Shown: positions 38,355-48,465 of the stretch, one piece after another
Numbering within the stretch: the first letter of the stretch is position 1
How the letters are laid out: each line of letters opens with the position of its first letter
Source: Fibrobacteria bacterium
GTDB taxonomy: Bacteria > Fibrobacterota > Chitinivibrionia > Chitinivibrionales > FEN-1185
Reading direction: 5' to 3'
Length of the DNA: 64,000 bases
Assembly: GCA_037447435.1 (NCBI GenBank)
Contig: JBBIGR010000011.1
Coordinates: 1 to 64,000 of the forward strand
Made by a program: the position numbers and the translations under genes
Notes under the pieces: generated by a model
Told to the model about the DNA's origin: nothing
The model's input: only the letters and a program-made list of their open reading frames with translations
Databases searched by the model: none

Positions 38355-40099
38355 GATGCTTTTTCCTCCGTTTTTTCCGTAACGACAGTCGATTGTTCGC
38401 GGCGCTTAAAGAAAATGAATAACCCGGTTAATACGACGAGAATCGGCATAAGGAGAATATTGGTAAATCTTACCACCGAATACTTGACTGACCCTTCCTT
38501 TAAATTATCCTTTGAAATAGTCCTGTCAATCATTGCGCGGGAACGGATCGAAATCAAGTTATCATCGGTCGATAACCAATCGACAACATTGAGAATAAAA
38601 GCGACGTTTCCGGGCATGGCGAATTGTGGAGTAAGAAAATCGGAATCACCGATAAGCACCAAATGCCGTCCTTTATTTTGCGCAACAACCGTTCTTGTTT
38701 GATCGGCAGGATTCAAAGCGATTTTGCTGAGAGAATCGGACGTTCCCGGTGTAACTTCTTTTACCGGAGGCACCGGCTTGCCGGCAAAATAACTGGTAAA
38801 ATTGCCGTGTAAATAAACCGCCAAATTACTTTGCTTAAATCCTTCGGCAGGCGCAGCCCATTTTTGTTGAGGATTCAAATCGAAATTTCCGCCGACGGTC
38901 CAACTCTTTTTCGATGATTTAATTAACGCCGTGGCTCTTACCGAACCATCATCCTTCACGTTTTTCTTTACTTCATTGTCAAGCGGAACCGTGAGCTTTA
39001 TAGGAGAAACCCAAGGTAATACTGCTTCGCCAAGCGATGAAACCGCAGGATTGTCGGAGTCTACATCTTCACGTAAAATTCTCAGAAAATAGGGGTAATT
39101 AACAGCGACATTCATTTGGAACGGACCTACTTTTTGGGGAATCTGGACTTGACCGCAGGCTGCGTCACAAACCAAATAATTTTCTAATTTTGCGCCGTAA
39201 TGTTCCATGAGCTTTAAAATGGCGGGATCTTGCGGAATTGCGTTTGCGCCATATTGATAGGAAATTTTGATCGCATCTGCGCAAACAATCAAATTCCCGC
39301 CTTTCATAAAATATTGATCTATTTCAAACAGAGTTCTGTTTGTAAATGTGGTGCCGCCCAAAATGACCAGTGATTTAAGGGTTGTGTCAATTTGTTTTCC
39401 ATCATTCACATCCACTGTTTCCACGGAATAGTTTTTACCCAAGCTCTCAAAAACCGGTTTGTATTTTTCATGTACTTCCTCGGGATTTGGTTGCATTTGC
39501 ATTCTCTGCCGGTACTCCGGAGGAATGTAGGGGAGCGTGTCGGTTTTAAGAATACCGACTCTCGGACTGTCTTTTCGTGCGACTTTTTGAATTGCCTGAG
39601 TCAAATCGTATTCGAGGTTTTTAAGATCCTGAACAACGGGCATGACTTCTTTTTTGTCGCCGTACAAAACCGCTATACCCATGAATCCGTTAATGACTTG
39701 TGCTTTATCCTTTTCATAGGTTTGCATTTGCAATTCAGGAATTCCCATTTGAACCGCTTTGCGTTTTTCTTCCTCATTTTTTGTGGGGTCCTCATAGGTA
39801 ATATGAAGGTTTTTTCCCGCATATGCTTTATATTCGGCAAGCATATCGCGAACGTCCGATTGGAGGGACTTCACATTTACCGGAAGGTTTTTAGAAAAGA
39901 AAACCTTGATATTGACTATATCATCAAGCTTTTTCAATATCTTTTTTGAAGCCGGTGAAATGCTGTAAATTTTCTTTTCCGTAAGGTCGACTCTAAAAAA
40001 AGCTTTTGTCGAAATGTAATTGATAACACCGACAAATCCGAGAATAATCAAAGCATAAATGATTAATTGAGAACTGTTCTTTATTTTTTTTGTTTCCAT
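38351..40099 (-). CDS. GldG-family ABC transporter auxiliary protein
   Basis: FRVDLTEKKIYSIS, LEYDLT, IDQYFMKGG, LIGDSDF, NVVDWL..LISIRSR, C-terminal TM. Start METKK. Confidence 0.9.
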   Translation of the reverse strand: METKKIKNSSQLIIYALIILGFVGVINYISTKAFFRVDLTEKKIYSISPASKKILKKLDDIVNIKVFFSKNLPVNVKSLQSDVRDMLAEYKAYAGKNLHITYEDPTKNEEEKRKAVQMGIPELQMQTYEKDKAQVINGFMGIAVLYGDKKEVMPVVQDLKNLEYDLTQAIQKVARKDSPRVGILKTDTLPYIPPEYRQRMQMQPNPEEVHEKYKPVFESLGKNYSVETVDVNDGKQIDTTLKSLVILGGTTFTNRTLFEIDQYFMKGGNLIVCADAIKISYQYGANAIPQDPAILKLMEHYGAKLENYLVCDAACGQVQIPQKVGPFQMNVAVNYPYFLRILREDVDSDNPAVSSLGEAVLPWVSPIKLTVPLDNEVKKNVKDDGSVRATALIKSSKKSWTVGGNFDLNPQQKWAAPAEGFKQSNLAVYLHGNFTSYFAGKPVPPVKEVTPGTSDSLSKIALNPADQTRTVVAQNKGRHLVLIGDSDFLTPQFAMPGNVAFILNVVDWLSTDDNLISIRSRAMIDRTISKDNLKEGSVKYSVVRFTNILLMPILVVLTGLFIFFKRREQSTVVTEKTEEKAS

Positions 40100-40103
40100 T
40101 TTA

Positions 40104-40787
40104 TTACTCCCATTTCCTGCTGCCCAAGGAACAGACATTTAAGAACAAAAAGAAGCCGATAACCGAAGCATAATAAATTAAATCTCTGGTATCTATTACA
40201 CCTCTGCTGATGCTTTCAAAATGATTTCCAAGCCCGAGATAAGAAAGAACGGGTACCAGAAAAGAAGGGCTTGCCATGGTAACAAACGGATTGCCAACGA
40301 TAAAAGCGACGATTTGGTTTTCCGTAAGGGATGAAACCCAAAGCCCGATTGCCAAATATGCACCGCCAAGCAAGAGTGCACCGATATACTGGCCGACAAT
40401 TTGTCCCATATCCGGATGCCCGAGTATGGCGATTGTCACAGGAATGGTAATTGACAATAAAACAACTATGGAAAGCAATGCAAAGCTGGCGAGGAATTTG
40501 CCGACAACGACTTCAAAGTCGCTGATGGGCCATGTTAAAAGCAATTCAAGGGTTTTAACTTTTTTCTCTTCGGCCCAAGTTCGCATTGTAATAGCAGGAA
40601 CAAAAAACAAAAATACCCAGGGCATTAAGTCGAAATAGCCGCGCATGTCAGCTTGGTTAATAAGAAAAAAACCCTGAAAAAACAAAAAAGTGGTCGTAAT
40701 CAAATAAACCGTAATAAAAATATAGGCGATAGGCGATAGGAAATACGCCTTGAATTCTTTTTTGAAAATAGCTGAGATATTTTGCAT
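40104..40787 (-). CDS. GldF-like ABC-2 permease
   Basis: FKKEFKAYFLSPIAY, PAITMRTWAEEKK, GKFLA, SSLTENQIVA, HFESISRGVID. Confidence 0.9.
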   Translation of the reverse strand: MQNISAIFKKEFKAYFLSPIAYIFITVYLITTTFLFFQGFFLINQADMRGYFDLMPWVFLFFVPAITMRTWAEEKKVKTLELLLTWPISDFEVVVGKFLASFALLSIVVLLSITIPVTIAILGHPDMGQIVGQYIGALLLGGAYLAIGLWVSSLTENQIVAFIVGNPFVTMASPSFLVPVLSYLGLGNHFESISRGVIDTRDLIYYASVIGFFLFLNVCSLGSRKWE

Positions 40788-40791
40788 TATA

Positions 40792-41736
40792 TCAACCCCT
40801 TGTCAGTTGTGTGAATACGTCTTCGAGGCTTGCCGAATGGTGCTTGAGTTCATTAAGTGTCCACCCATTTTCGTAAACGCATTTATATATCTTCTCGCCG
40901 ACATCCTCCCGAGCTCCGGTTGTGACCGATGCTTCAAGCCATTCTCCGCTTTCTTTAATGTCTACTCGAGTAATTCCCTCGATAGCCGATAATTTAGTAC
41001 GGAGTGTTTCTTTGTCGGCTTTGACCCGAATAAGATAGCCGTTGGATTTAGACATGCTTGAGGTAAGTTCGTCGGGTGTTCCTGAGGCGACAATCGCTCC
41101 TTCATTGATAATAAGGATTCGATTGCAGGTCGCAGCCACTTCGGGAAGAATATGTGAACAGTAAATAACGGTTTTTTCCTGTCCCATAGATCGAATAAGC
41201 TCGCGGATTTCGATGATCTGGTTAGGATCCAACCCGGACATAGGTTCGTCGAGAATGAGAAGGTCGGGATTGTGTAACATTGCTTGTGCTAGCCCCACGC
41301 GTTGACGATATCCTTTTGAAAGCTTGCCTGTCTGCCTGTTTGCCATTTTCGCAAGACCGCAAACCGCGTACATTTCGTCTATCCTGGATTTTAAGGTAGC
41401 ACCTTTTAATCCGCGAATTTCTCCGACAAAACGCAAATACTCGCTAACCTGCATGTCATTATATAAAGGATTATTTTCTGGAAGATAGCCTATTTTTTTC
41501 CGGACATCCAGGTCATTTACTTTATTATCGAGGCCATTGACTTTTACGGAACCGCTCGTTGGAGGAATAAAGCAGGTAATCATGCGCATTGTTGTTGTTT
41601 TTCCAGCGCCGTTTGGTCCTAAAAAACCGAGGATTTCCCCTTTTTTGACTTCGAAATTCAGATTTTTTACTGCATGAAAATTACCGAACTTTTTATTAAG
41701 TTCCTTAACTTCAAGCATAATTGGATTATTGCTCAT
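40792..41736 (-). CDS. GldA-like ABC transporter ATP-binding protein
   Basis: GPNGAGKTT, LSKGYRQRVGLAQA, ILDEP, SLEDVF. Confidence 0.93.
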   Translation of the reverse strand: MSNNPIMLEVKELNKKFGNFHAVKNLNFEVKKGEILGFLGPNGAGKTTTMRMITCFIPPTSGSVKVNGLDNKVNDLDVRKKIGYLPENNPLYNDMQVSEYLRFVGEIRGLKGATLKSRIDEMYAVCGLAKMANRQTGKLSKGYRQRVGLAQAMLHNPDLLILDEPMSGLDPNQIIEIRELIRSMGQEKTVIYCSHILPEVAATCNRILIINEGAIVASGTPDELTSSMSKSNGYLIRVKADKETLRTKLSAIEGITRVDIKESGEWLEASVTTGAREDVGEKIYKCVYENGWTLNELKHHSASLEDVFTQLTRG

Positions 41737-41997
41737 ACGCTACCGCCCTGAAAAAGTGGAACCATGATACTCCCTTGTTTTGGTGAGATAGTATATAAAA
41801 ATGAAGATTGACCGTATTGAAAAAATTGCTTTACGACAATTTTCATGTGTCGGAACCGATATTGAAATAAATTGGGCGACTATGGAGCCTAAAAAATGAA
41901 TACTTGAACAGTGCATAGTCAAGTTGGGTTGCCATTTTTTAAAAATAATTGAATGAAAATTACGATTTTGTAATACATTTATTGATTTAAAAATTAA

Positions 41998-42042
41998 GCG
42001 ACAATAGCCGTTTCTAATTTTAAAAGTAGGCGCTATTGTCGC
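41998..42042 (-). terminator. Hairpin downstream of the Hc1-like gene, probable terminator
   Basis: GCGACAATAGC/GCTATTGTCGC 11-bp inverted repeat, followed by TTAATTTTT on the minus strand. Confidence 0.6.
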
Positions 42043-42117
42043 GAAATCAAAGGATGCACCAACAATTCCTAAATGGAATTTTATCGGTTGGTGATTTGTA
42101 ATAACGAGAAGGTATTT

Positions 42118-42291
42118 CTATTCTTCTTTTTTCTTTGCATCCTGGATTTGATTCCGAATATCCTGACATATTTTTTTAATATTTTGAAGGCTTTTTCTGG
42201 CTCGAGTGCCTGCGGATTTGTTGCCTCGTTCAAACTTTTCGAATTCCGCTTTGAGAATTTCAATCTCGTCCACAAGATTTTGAAGGCCCAT
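42118..42291 (-). CDS. Histone H1-like (Hc1-family) small basic protein, 57 aa, absent from the supplied ORF track
   Basis: AAGGAG RBS; translation MGLQNLVDEIEILKAEFEKFERGNKSAGTRARKSLQNIKKICQDIRNQIQDAKKKEE carries the GNKxAGTRARK signature. Confidence 0.88.
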   Translation of the reverse strand: MGLQNLVDEIEILKAEFEKFERGNKSAGTRARKSLQNIKKICQDIRNQIQDAKKKEE

Positions 42292-42382
42292 ATTTTGTTC
42301 TCCTTAATGTAAAGTTAAAGTATGATTTTTTTATTGTTTTGAATATAATAAATAATTCATGCCTGAATTTAGCAAAAAAAGA

Positions 42383-43267
42383 CTAAAACCCTCCATGAAA
42401 AAGAAAGTATGATCCGGCGGGTGATTGGGAATTTTTTAAAAAAGGAAATTTATTGACTAGCTCCCCGAATAGCAAAGACCGTAGGTATGATTCCTTTGGT
42501 TTCTTTTCTACGATAGCAGTTTTTTCAGGAAGGTTTAGAAACACTTTTAAATAGTCGGAAGCATCTTCATAACCGCCCAAAGTATCAATCAATCCGAGTT
42601 TTAAAGCTTGAGCGCCGGTAAATATCCGACCGTCGGCAATCGGCCGAATCGAATCGATATTAAGTGACCGGGCCAGACAAACGTCGGACAAAAATTGCTC
42701 ATAAATATCGCCGACTATACCCTGAAACAATTGTTTGTCTTTGGCCGTCATATCGCGTTGCGGGCTCCCAATATCTTTCATTTCCCCGGATTTTATAACC
42801 CGCATGGAAACACCGATTTTTTCCAATAGCTTATTGTATTGAGGAAATTCAACTATGGCTCCGATTGAACCGGTAATTGAGCTTGGGTTTGCAAATATTT
42901 TTGAAGCTGCACTCGCTATATAATAACCGCCGGAAGCGGCCATGTTTCCAACACTGACAAAAACCGGTTTTTTGCATTCCCGAAATTTATAAACCTCTTT
43001 GAAAATTTCTTGCGATGGTGCAGATGCGCCGCCTGGCGAATCGATACGAAGCAATACTCCTGCGATCGCATCGTCTTCACGAAAAGTGCGTAATTGTTTT
43101 ACATATGAATCAGATTCCGTAATAACGTCGGTGATTTGAACCAATCCTATTTTTTTTAAGGAAATTGGCGAATGAAAGCCGGTGTTGTCCGAAAGGATAA
43201 TCCACAATCCGATAAGGATAGGAGCGATACAGATTCCTAGAATGATAACTTTTTGCCTTTGTGTCAT
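42383..43267 (-). CDS. sppA: Signal peptide peptidase SppA (short type)
   Basis: IDSPGG, AASGGYY, TGSIG, KDIGSP, ADGRIFTG. Confidence 0.95.
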   Translation of the reverse strand: MTQRQKVIILGICIAPILIGLWIILSDNTGFHSPISLKKIGLVQITDVITESDSYVKQLRTFREDDAIAGVLLRIDSPGGASAPSQEIFKEVYKFRECKKPVFVSVGNMAASGGYYIASAASKIFANPSSITGSIGAIVEFPQYNKLLEKIGVSMRVIKSGEMKDIGSPQRDMTAKDKQLFQGIVGDIYEQFLSDVCLARSLNIDSIRPIADGRIFTGAQALKLGLIDTLGGYEDASDYLKVFLNLPEKTAIVEKKPKESYLRSLLFGELVNKFPFLKNSQSPAGSYFLFHGGF

Positions 43268-43292
43268 TAAATGCCGCCCCGGAATGATAATG

Positions 43293-45428
43293 TTATGAAT
43301 TACGTTTACTCATTGGAATTCTTATGACGGCGCCGACTCGGAGCGGGGAAAATGCCGAAAGATTATTAACCTGGATCAATTCATTGACGCTGACCGAAAA
43401 GGATTGGGCCAACGAATACAGGTTGTCTCCTTTGCAAACTCGGTATAAAACTGTGTCGATTTGCGCTTGAGTCAGCCCACGTTTCGGTTCGATGGAGTAG
43501 GAAATTTTTTCACCGGCCCTGATCACCGGATTTGTGTTGTCAAGGGAGTTCCACATGACAAGACCGGAGACCGATACTCCCAGTTTTTTTGCGATAGAAT
43601 ATAATGTTTCACCTTTTTGGACCTCGTACACATGATCGCCCATACGTTTTAGGATCGAAGACCCTGCTGCGGTAGGTATCGGCTGTTGCAAAGGCTGCTT
43701 GTTCGTTCTGTTTTTTGTTGAAATCAACAATATTTCTCCTGCTCTCAAGCTTTGATTAGCAGGGATATTGTTCAATGCGCAAATGCTTTTTGCGGTCGTA
43801 TGAAATAATTTTGCAAGTTCCCATACCGTTTCGCCTCTGCGAACCCGATATCTAATTTGACTGGTCTGGGCAGAAGATACCAATTGATGTTTGGGAGAAT
43901 CATGTAACATATCTTGGGTTATCATAGCCGCTTCGGCAGTTGACATATGTAACGGTATGGGTATCAAAACGGATTGTCCGGCCGAGACCTTTGCATTTGG
44001 TCCTAAAGCGTTAATTGATTTTATTGCTTCTAAAGGGACCTTGAAAAAACGGGCAATTGAAGCAAGTTTTTGTCCCGATTTTACTTCGTAGGAATACCAC
44101 GCGACGTTAAACGCGTCGGGATCGAGAGAATACAGGGCAACAAAACGATCCTTGGTGTTTTTAGGCAAATAGAGATGAATTTGCGTCGTAGTTGGTGGGG
44201 TACACCAGTGTAAAATGTGTGGATTTATCGACCGTAATGTTTTAGCGTCGATTCCCAGGCTATCGGCAATAGCCTGCATATTTAAGCATTTATCAATAAG
44301 AACGGTGTCCAGATCGAATGTGTCCATTTGACCCGGTGTAAAACCAAAACATTGCGGATTTTTCGCGACAACCAATGCCGCTATGTATTCGGGGACATAA
44401 TGCATGGTCTCTCTAGGTAATTTTAATTGCCAATAATTTGAAGATGATGCCTTGATGCAAGCTGCGGAAACACAGTTCTCGCCGCAATTGTATGATGCAA
44501 GCGCCGTATGCCAGTCCCCGAATTGATTGTATAATTTTTTCAAATATCGAGCAGCCGAAGCAGTTGATTTTATAGGATCTCGGCGTTCATCAAGCCAATA
44601 GTCCATTCTGAGACCGTACAGCATGCCGGTGGATGCGATAAATTGCCATATTCCGGCGGCTTTGGCTCTGGAATAAGCAATAGGATTGAATCCGCTTTCG
44701 ATGAGGGGGAGATATGCCAAATCCGAAGGTAACCCGCTGTCGGAAAACATGCGCTGCATAAAAGGAAGATAGTATGCGGCTCTGGTTAACCAACTGTCAA
44801 TTGGTCCTTTTCTCCCTTTGGCGAAAAAATAAAGCGGGCGATAGACACGATCGTTAAATATGATAGGCACATTGTATGAAACTCCTTTTTGACAGGTCAA
44901 ATTCTTTAAAATCGTGCTGTCCTCAGGGGTCAGTTTTAATGTGTCAAGAGAGGAGGATAATTGCCGTTGGAATACTAATAATGATATATCTTCCGGAATG
45001 CTATCTGAATATTCCTGAGGCATTAAATCGGTATAAATTCGGGCAATATCGTCGAGGTATGATTCTGCTCCTGTAAAATTTTCATCCTGCTCCGATTTTT
45101 CATTAATTTCTTCAATGGCTTTATGGAGAAGTGCGTGAGCCTCCGCGAAGCTGTCCGATTGACAGAATTCTTCAGCACTTGCGATAAGAAAATCAATGTC
45201 TGCGACATTAGAAGAATCCGGGGTGGATTTGTTGGTAAAATTTTCTCGGGCGTTCAATGAATCCTTGATCTTTTGAGCCGCAAGAATTGAATCGATAACA
45301 GCCGTTTTAGGCTGTTTTGAATTTTTAGTAAAGGAATGTAACGTTTTTGATGAGGCGCAGCTTGCGCATAGCGAAAGGAATACTATCGCAAAACCGAATA
45401 AAATGCCTTTGAAAAAGATTTTATACAT
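43293..45428 (-). CDS. mltD: MltD-like lytic murein transglycosylase lipoprotein with LysM repeats
   Basis: LPLIESGFNP, AAGIWQF, LDERRDP, ASYNCG, LPRET..YVP; multiple LysM domains. Confidence 0.92.
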   Translation of the reverse strand: MYKIFFKGILFGFAIVFLSLCASCASSKTLHSFTKNSKQPKTAVIDSILAAQKIKDSLNARENFTNKSTPDSSNVADIDFLIASAEEFCQSDSFAEAHALLHKAIEEINEKSEQDENFTGAESYLDDIARIYTDLMPQEYSDSIPEDISLLVFQRQLSSSLDTLKLTPEDSTILKNLTCQKGVSYNVPIIFNDRVYRPLYFFAKGRKGPIDSWLTRAAYYLPFMQRMFSDSGLPSDLAYLPLIESGFNPIAYSRAKAAGIWQFIASTGMLYGLRMDYWLDERRDPIKSTASAARYLKKLYNQFGDWHTALASYNCGENCVSAACIKASSSNYWQLKLPRETMHYVPEYIAALVVAKNPQCFGFTPGQMDTFDLDTVLIDKCLNMQAIADSLGIDAKTLRSINPHILHWCTPPTTTQIHLYLPKNTKDRFVALYSLDPDAFNVAWYSYEVKSGQKLASIARFFKVPLEAIKSINALGPNAKVSAGQSVLIPIPLHMSTAEAAMITQDMLHDSPKHQLVSSAQTSQIRYRVRRGETVWELAKLFHTTAKSICALNNIPANQSLRAGEILLISTKNRTNKQPLQQPIPTAAGSSILKRMGDHVYEVQKGETLYSIAKKLGVSVSGLVMWNSLDNTNPVIRAGEKISYSIEPKRGLTQAQIDTVLYRVCKGDNLYSLAQSFSVSVNELIQVNNLSAFSPLRVGAVIRIPMSKRNS

Positions 45429-45512
45429 GCCGTTTCAAATTAAAAGTGTTTTCATTAAAATAACACATTTTTAATTTGAAACGGCATAATAATGTCTAGC
45501 CGTAGGAATTGT

Positions 45513-45749
45513 TTAAGGTGCCGCATGAGAAATTGATAAGGTTTTTCGACTGCTTTTTTTTGGTGAGGTAGAAAAAATGACACTCGTAAGCATATATCCT
45601 CGTTTGGAACGACACTCGGTGATTGCGGCACGAATGTTTTTTTCGATTATTGACGATTTCGAACCGCAATAATTGACAAACATACGTGTTTTCTGGGAAC
45701 AGGTGTCGTACTGTGGACATTGCGAACAGGTGATTTTAAATAGCTGCAT
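45513..45749 (-). CDS. Small Cys-rich hypothetical protein
   Basis: AGGAG RBS; CSQCPQYDTC..NYC motif. Confidence 0.6.
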   Translation of the reverse strand: MQLFKITCSQCPQYDTCSQKTRMFVNYCGSKSSIIEKNIRAAITECRSKRGYMLTSVIFSTSPKKSSRKTLSISHAAP

Positions 45750-46290
45750 TCTGTTCTCCTGGTTAAAGAAACTGAACTATTCAACCATGATGGACGTTGT
45801 GCAGTTCTATTACAAGTATAACCAACTACCCGTAGTATGTCAAGAGTTAAATACGCACAATAGATAGCGTGATTGCTATCGGCTTAAAAGGCAAAGGGTT
45901 ACTGCAATGATCTTTTTTATATAATTTATTAAACGAAGCAAATTGAATGCTATCAGTAGTTTGAATCAGGTGGACGACTTAACTGTATGGGGGGGAAAAG
46001 AAATTAAATTAGAACCTATTTAATTCATTAAAAATTAATAGGATAGGAATTTATTTATTGAATTTAAATACATTGAAATTCCAAACCCATTGAAAGGTTG
46101 GGCCACGATTACAAAAAGGGGAGTATACTCTATTCTGCAGCCTAAAATGGGTTTAGTTATGGATTCAAAAACAGCGTTTGTATTTTATTGCACATACCAA
46201 TAACCTCTTTTATATTTAAAACTCATACTATATTTCGTCAGCGGTATCATATTTCTTGCTAACACTCAATTGGTTTACATCGGAGGTTAC

Positions 46291-48381
46291 ATGAAGAAGT
46301 ACGAGGCGAATGCTATCCGCAATGTTTGCTTGCTTTCACACGGCGGTGTGGGCAAAACTTCCCTTCTTGAAGCTTTGTGTTATACGACAAAAGGTACCAA
46401 CAAATTAAATAAAGTTGCCAACGGAACCAGCATATTCGACACACGTCCCGATGAAAAAGAACGTAAAATGTCGGTTTCTATGAAGCTGGGCTTTTGTGAA
46501 TGGAATAACGTTAAGATAAATATTCTCGACACACCCGGTTTTCTTGATTTGCAAGGTGATGCAAAGGCTGCTTTACGCGTCGTTGAATCCGCCGTTGTTT
46601 TAATAAGCGCTCTTGATGGAGTGCAAGTCGGTACCGAACTCATATCTCGTTTTATAGATGAATCAAAAACGCCCAAACTGTTTTTTGTAAACGGTACGGA
46701 CAGGGATAATGTCGATTTCGAGAAAACAATCGCAAATTTAAAAGAAATGTACGGCACCCAAATAGCGCCATTATCAATACCGATCGGCGCGGGACAATCT
46801 TTTAAGGGTATCGTAGATCTTGTTACAAAAGAGGCTTTCATCTATGAACGAGAAGGCCTTGGAATCGGTAAAAAATCGGATATTCCTTCGGACATTTCCA
46901 AAATGGTAGATAGTATCCGGGCGACGCTCATGGAATCTGTTGCTGAAACGGATGAAAGTCTCATGAACAAATATTTCGAAAATGGTGAATTGACCATAGA
47001 AGAAATAAAACTCGGATTGGCAAAAGGATTTGAAGCCGGATCAATATTCCCTGTTCTTTGTGGGAGTGCAACTCTCAACATTGGAACCGATATTTTATTG
47101 AACACAATTATTTCCCTATGCCCGTCACCATTATCGAGAAAAACCATTCCTGTGCTGCAGGATGACGAAATAAAAAATCTATCATTTACCGAATCCAGTC
47201 CGGCATCGGCATTTGTTTTTAAAACAATAGCTGAAGAACATATTGGCGATTTCAATTGTGTCCGGGTATTCGGCGGAAAAATTTCAACAGGTAAAGACAT
47301 TATTAATGTAACGAGAAACAGCACCGAGCGAATTGGAAATATGTATTTCATGCGGGGACACGAACGAATAGATACACAGGAAATCGGGTTCGGCGATATC
47401 GGTGCGCTTTTAAAAATGAAAGATACCCATACGAGTGATACTTTGGCTGAAAAAGGAGTGTTGTTCGCATTTCCAAAGATTAAATTCAATGAACCATTGG
47501 TTAATGTCGCAATTGTGTCCAAAAACAAGGGCGATGAAGATAAAATCGGTTTGGGAATAGCCAAACTTCATGAAGAAGATCCGACTTTTATTTATAAATA
47601 TCATGCCGATATTAAGCAATCGGTTTTGTCTGCAATGGGCGACATTCATATCGATTTAATACTCGAAAATTTAAAGCATCGCTTTAAAGTGGAAGTCGAA
47701 AAAAAACAAACGAGAATTTCTTACCGGGAAACAATCACCAAATCTGTCAAATATGTCGAATATACTCATAAAAAACAATCGGGCGGTGCCGGTCAATATG
47801 CAAAAGTGGCCATCGATTTGGAACCCCAACAACGAGGCAAGGGATACGAATTTGTCGATAAAATTGTGGGCGGCGTCATAGACCAGTCCTTGCGGCCAAG
47901 TGTCGACAAAGGGGTTCATTCGAAGCTTGAAGAGGGGATATTGGCAGGGTATCCGATTGTCGATTTAAAAGTGTACCTTGTCGATGGAAAAACCCATCCC
48001 GTGGATTCAAAAGACATTGCTTTTCAAATAGCCGGACGGGAAGTTTTTAAAATAGCCTTTGAGCAGGCGAGCCCAATACTATTGGAACCTATTTCCGACA
48101 TGCGAATTACGGTTCCCGATGAATATACAGGAGATGTTATGGGAGATCTATCTTCGCGTCGGGGAAAAATTGGCGGCATGGAACCGGAAGGAAAAGCACA
48201 AACCATCGTAGCGAAAGTTCCCGAAGCGGAAATACAAAACTATTCCCAGGCATTGCGTGCATTATCGCAAGGACGAGGATATTTCTCCAAGTCCTTTTCC
48301 CATTACGAACCTGTTCCAGGTGACGTTGCCAAGAAAATCATCGAATCATCTAAGCATTCGATGACAGAAGTTGATGAATGA
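46291..48381 (+). CDS. fusA: Elongation factor G paralog (EF-G2/FusA2 type)
   Basis: IRNV..HGGVGKT, LDTPG, KKQSGGAGQY, GYPIVD, HPVDS, LLEP, GDVMGDLSSRRG. G motifs are divergent and the gene is outside an str operon. Confidence 0.92.
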   Translation: MKKYEANAIRNVCLLSHGGVGKTSLLEALCYTTKGTNKLNKVANGTSIFDTRPDEKERKMSVSMKLGFCEWNNVKINILDTPGFLDLQGDAKAALRVVESAVVLISALDGVQVGTELISRFIDESKTPKLFFVNGTDRDNVDFEKTIANLKEMYGTQIAPLSIPIGAGQSFKGIVDLVTKEAFIYEREGLGIGKKSDIPSDISKMVDSIRATLMESVAETDESLMNKYFENGELTIEEIKLGLAKGFEAGSIFPVLCGSATLNIGTDILLNTIISLCPSPLSRKTIPVLQDDEIKNLSFTESSPASAFVFKTIAEEHIGDFNCVRVFGGKISTGKDIINVTRNSTERIGNMYFMRGHERIDTQEIGFGDIGALLKMKDTHTSDTLAEKGVLFAFPKIKFNEPLVNVAIVSKNKGDEDKIGLGIAKLHEEDPTFIYKYHADIKQSVLSAMGDIHIDLILENLKHRFKVEVEKKQTRISYRETITKSVKYVEYTHKKQSGGAGQYAKVAIDLEPQQRGKGYEFVDKIVGGVIDQSLRPSVDKGVHSKLEEGILAGYPIVDLKVYLVDGKTHPVDSKDIAFQIAGREVFKIAFEQASPILLEPISDMRITVPDEYTGDVMGDLSSRRGKIGGMEPEGKAQTIVAKVPEAEIQNYSQALRALSQGRGYFSKSFSHYEPVPGDVAKKIIESSKHSMTEVDE

Positions 48382-48405
48382 CCTTTTGCAAATGGTTGAA
48401 TCTTT

Positions 48406-48448
48406 GTCCCCTGCCGCTCAAAGGACCAGGGACTCTTTTTTTCTTTTT
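48406..48448 (+). terminator. Possible terminator or attenuator between fusA2 and mtnA
   Basis: Imperfect GTCCCCTG..CAGGGAC stem followed by a long T-tract. Confidence 0.4.
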
Positions 48449-48465
48449 AAGAGGTAGGTTTTAGC

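Noticed and set aside
37263..41736. GldA/F/G-type genes as proof of gliding motility
   Set aside because: This ABC module with DUF4340 occurs in many non-gliding bacteria, and no gldK/L/M/N or sprB gene is in the window.
41801..41899. 32-codon plus-strand ORF MKIDRIEKIAL..
   Set aside because: No convincing RBS or recognisable motif; it lies in the ABC operon promoter region.
42073..42312. 79-aa (+) and 64-aa (-) ORFs in the track
   Set aside because: They are shadow or wrong-frame readings of the 57-aa Hc1-like gene at 42118-42291.
46080..46160. CAAACCCATTGAAAGGTTGGG resembles the first stem of a c-di-GMP-I riboswitch
   Set aside because: The conserved GGC before AAAC, the following CGCAAA junction and the second stem are not present. 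It is kept only as an unassigned hairpin.
46380..47919. Long antisense ORFs opposite fusA2 (and similar ones opposite rpsA and gldG)
   Set aside because: They are typical shadow ORFs from codon bias in conserved genes and show no independent motifs.
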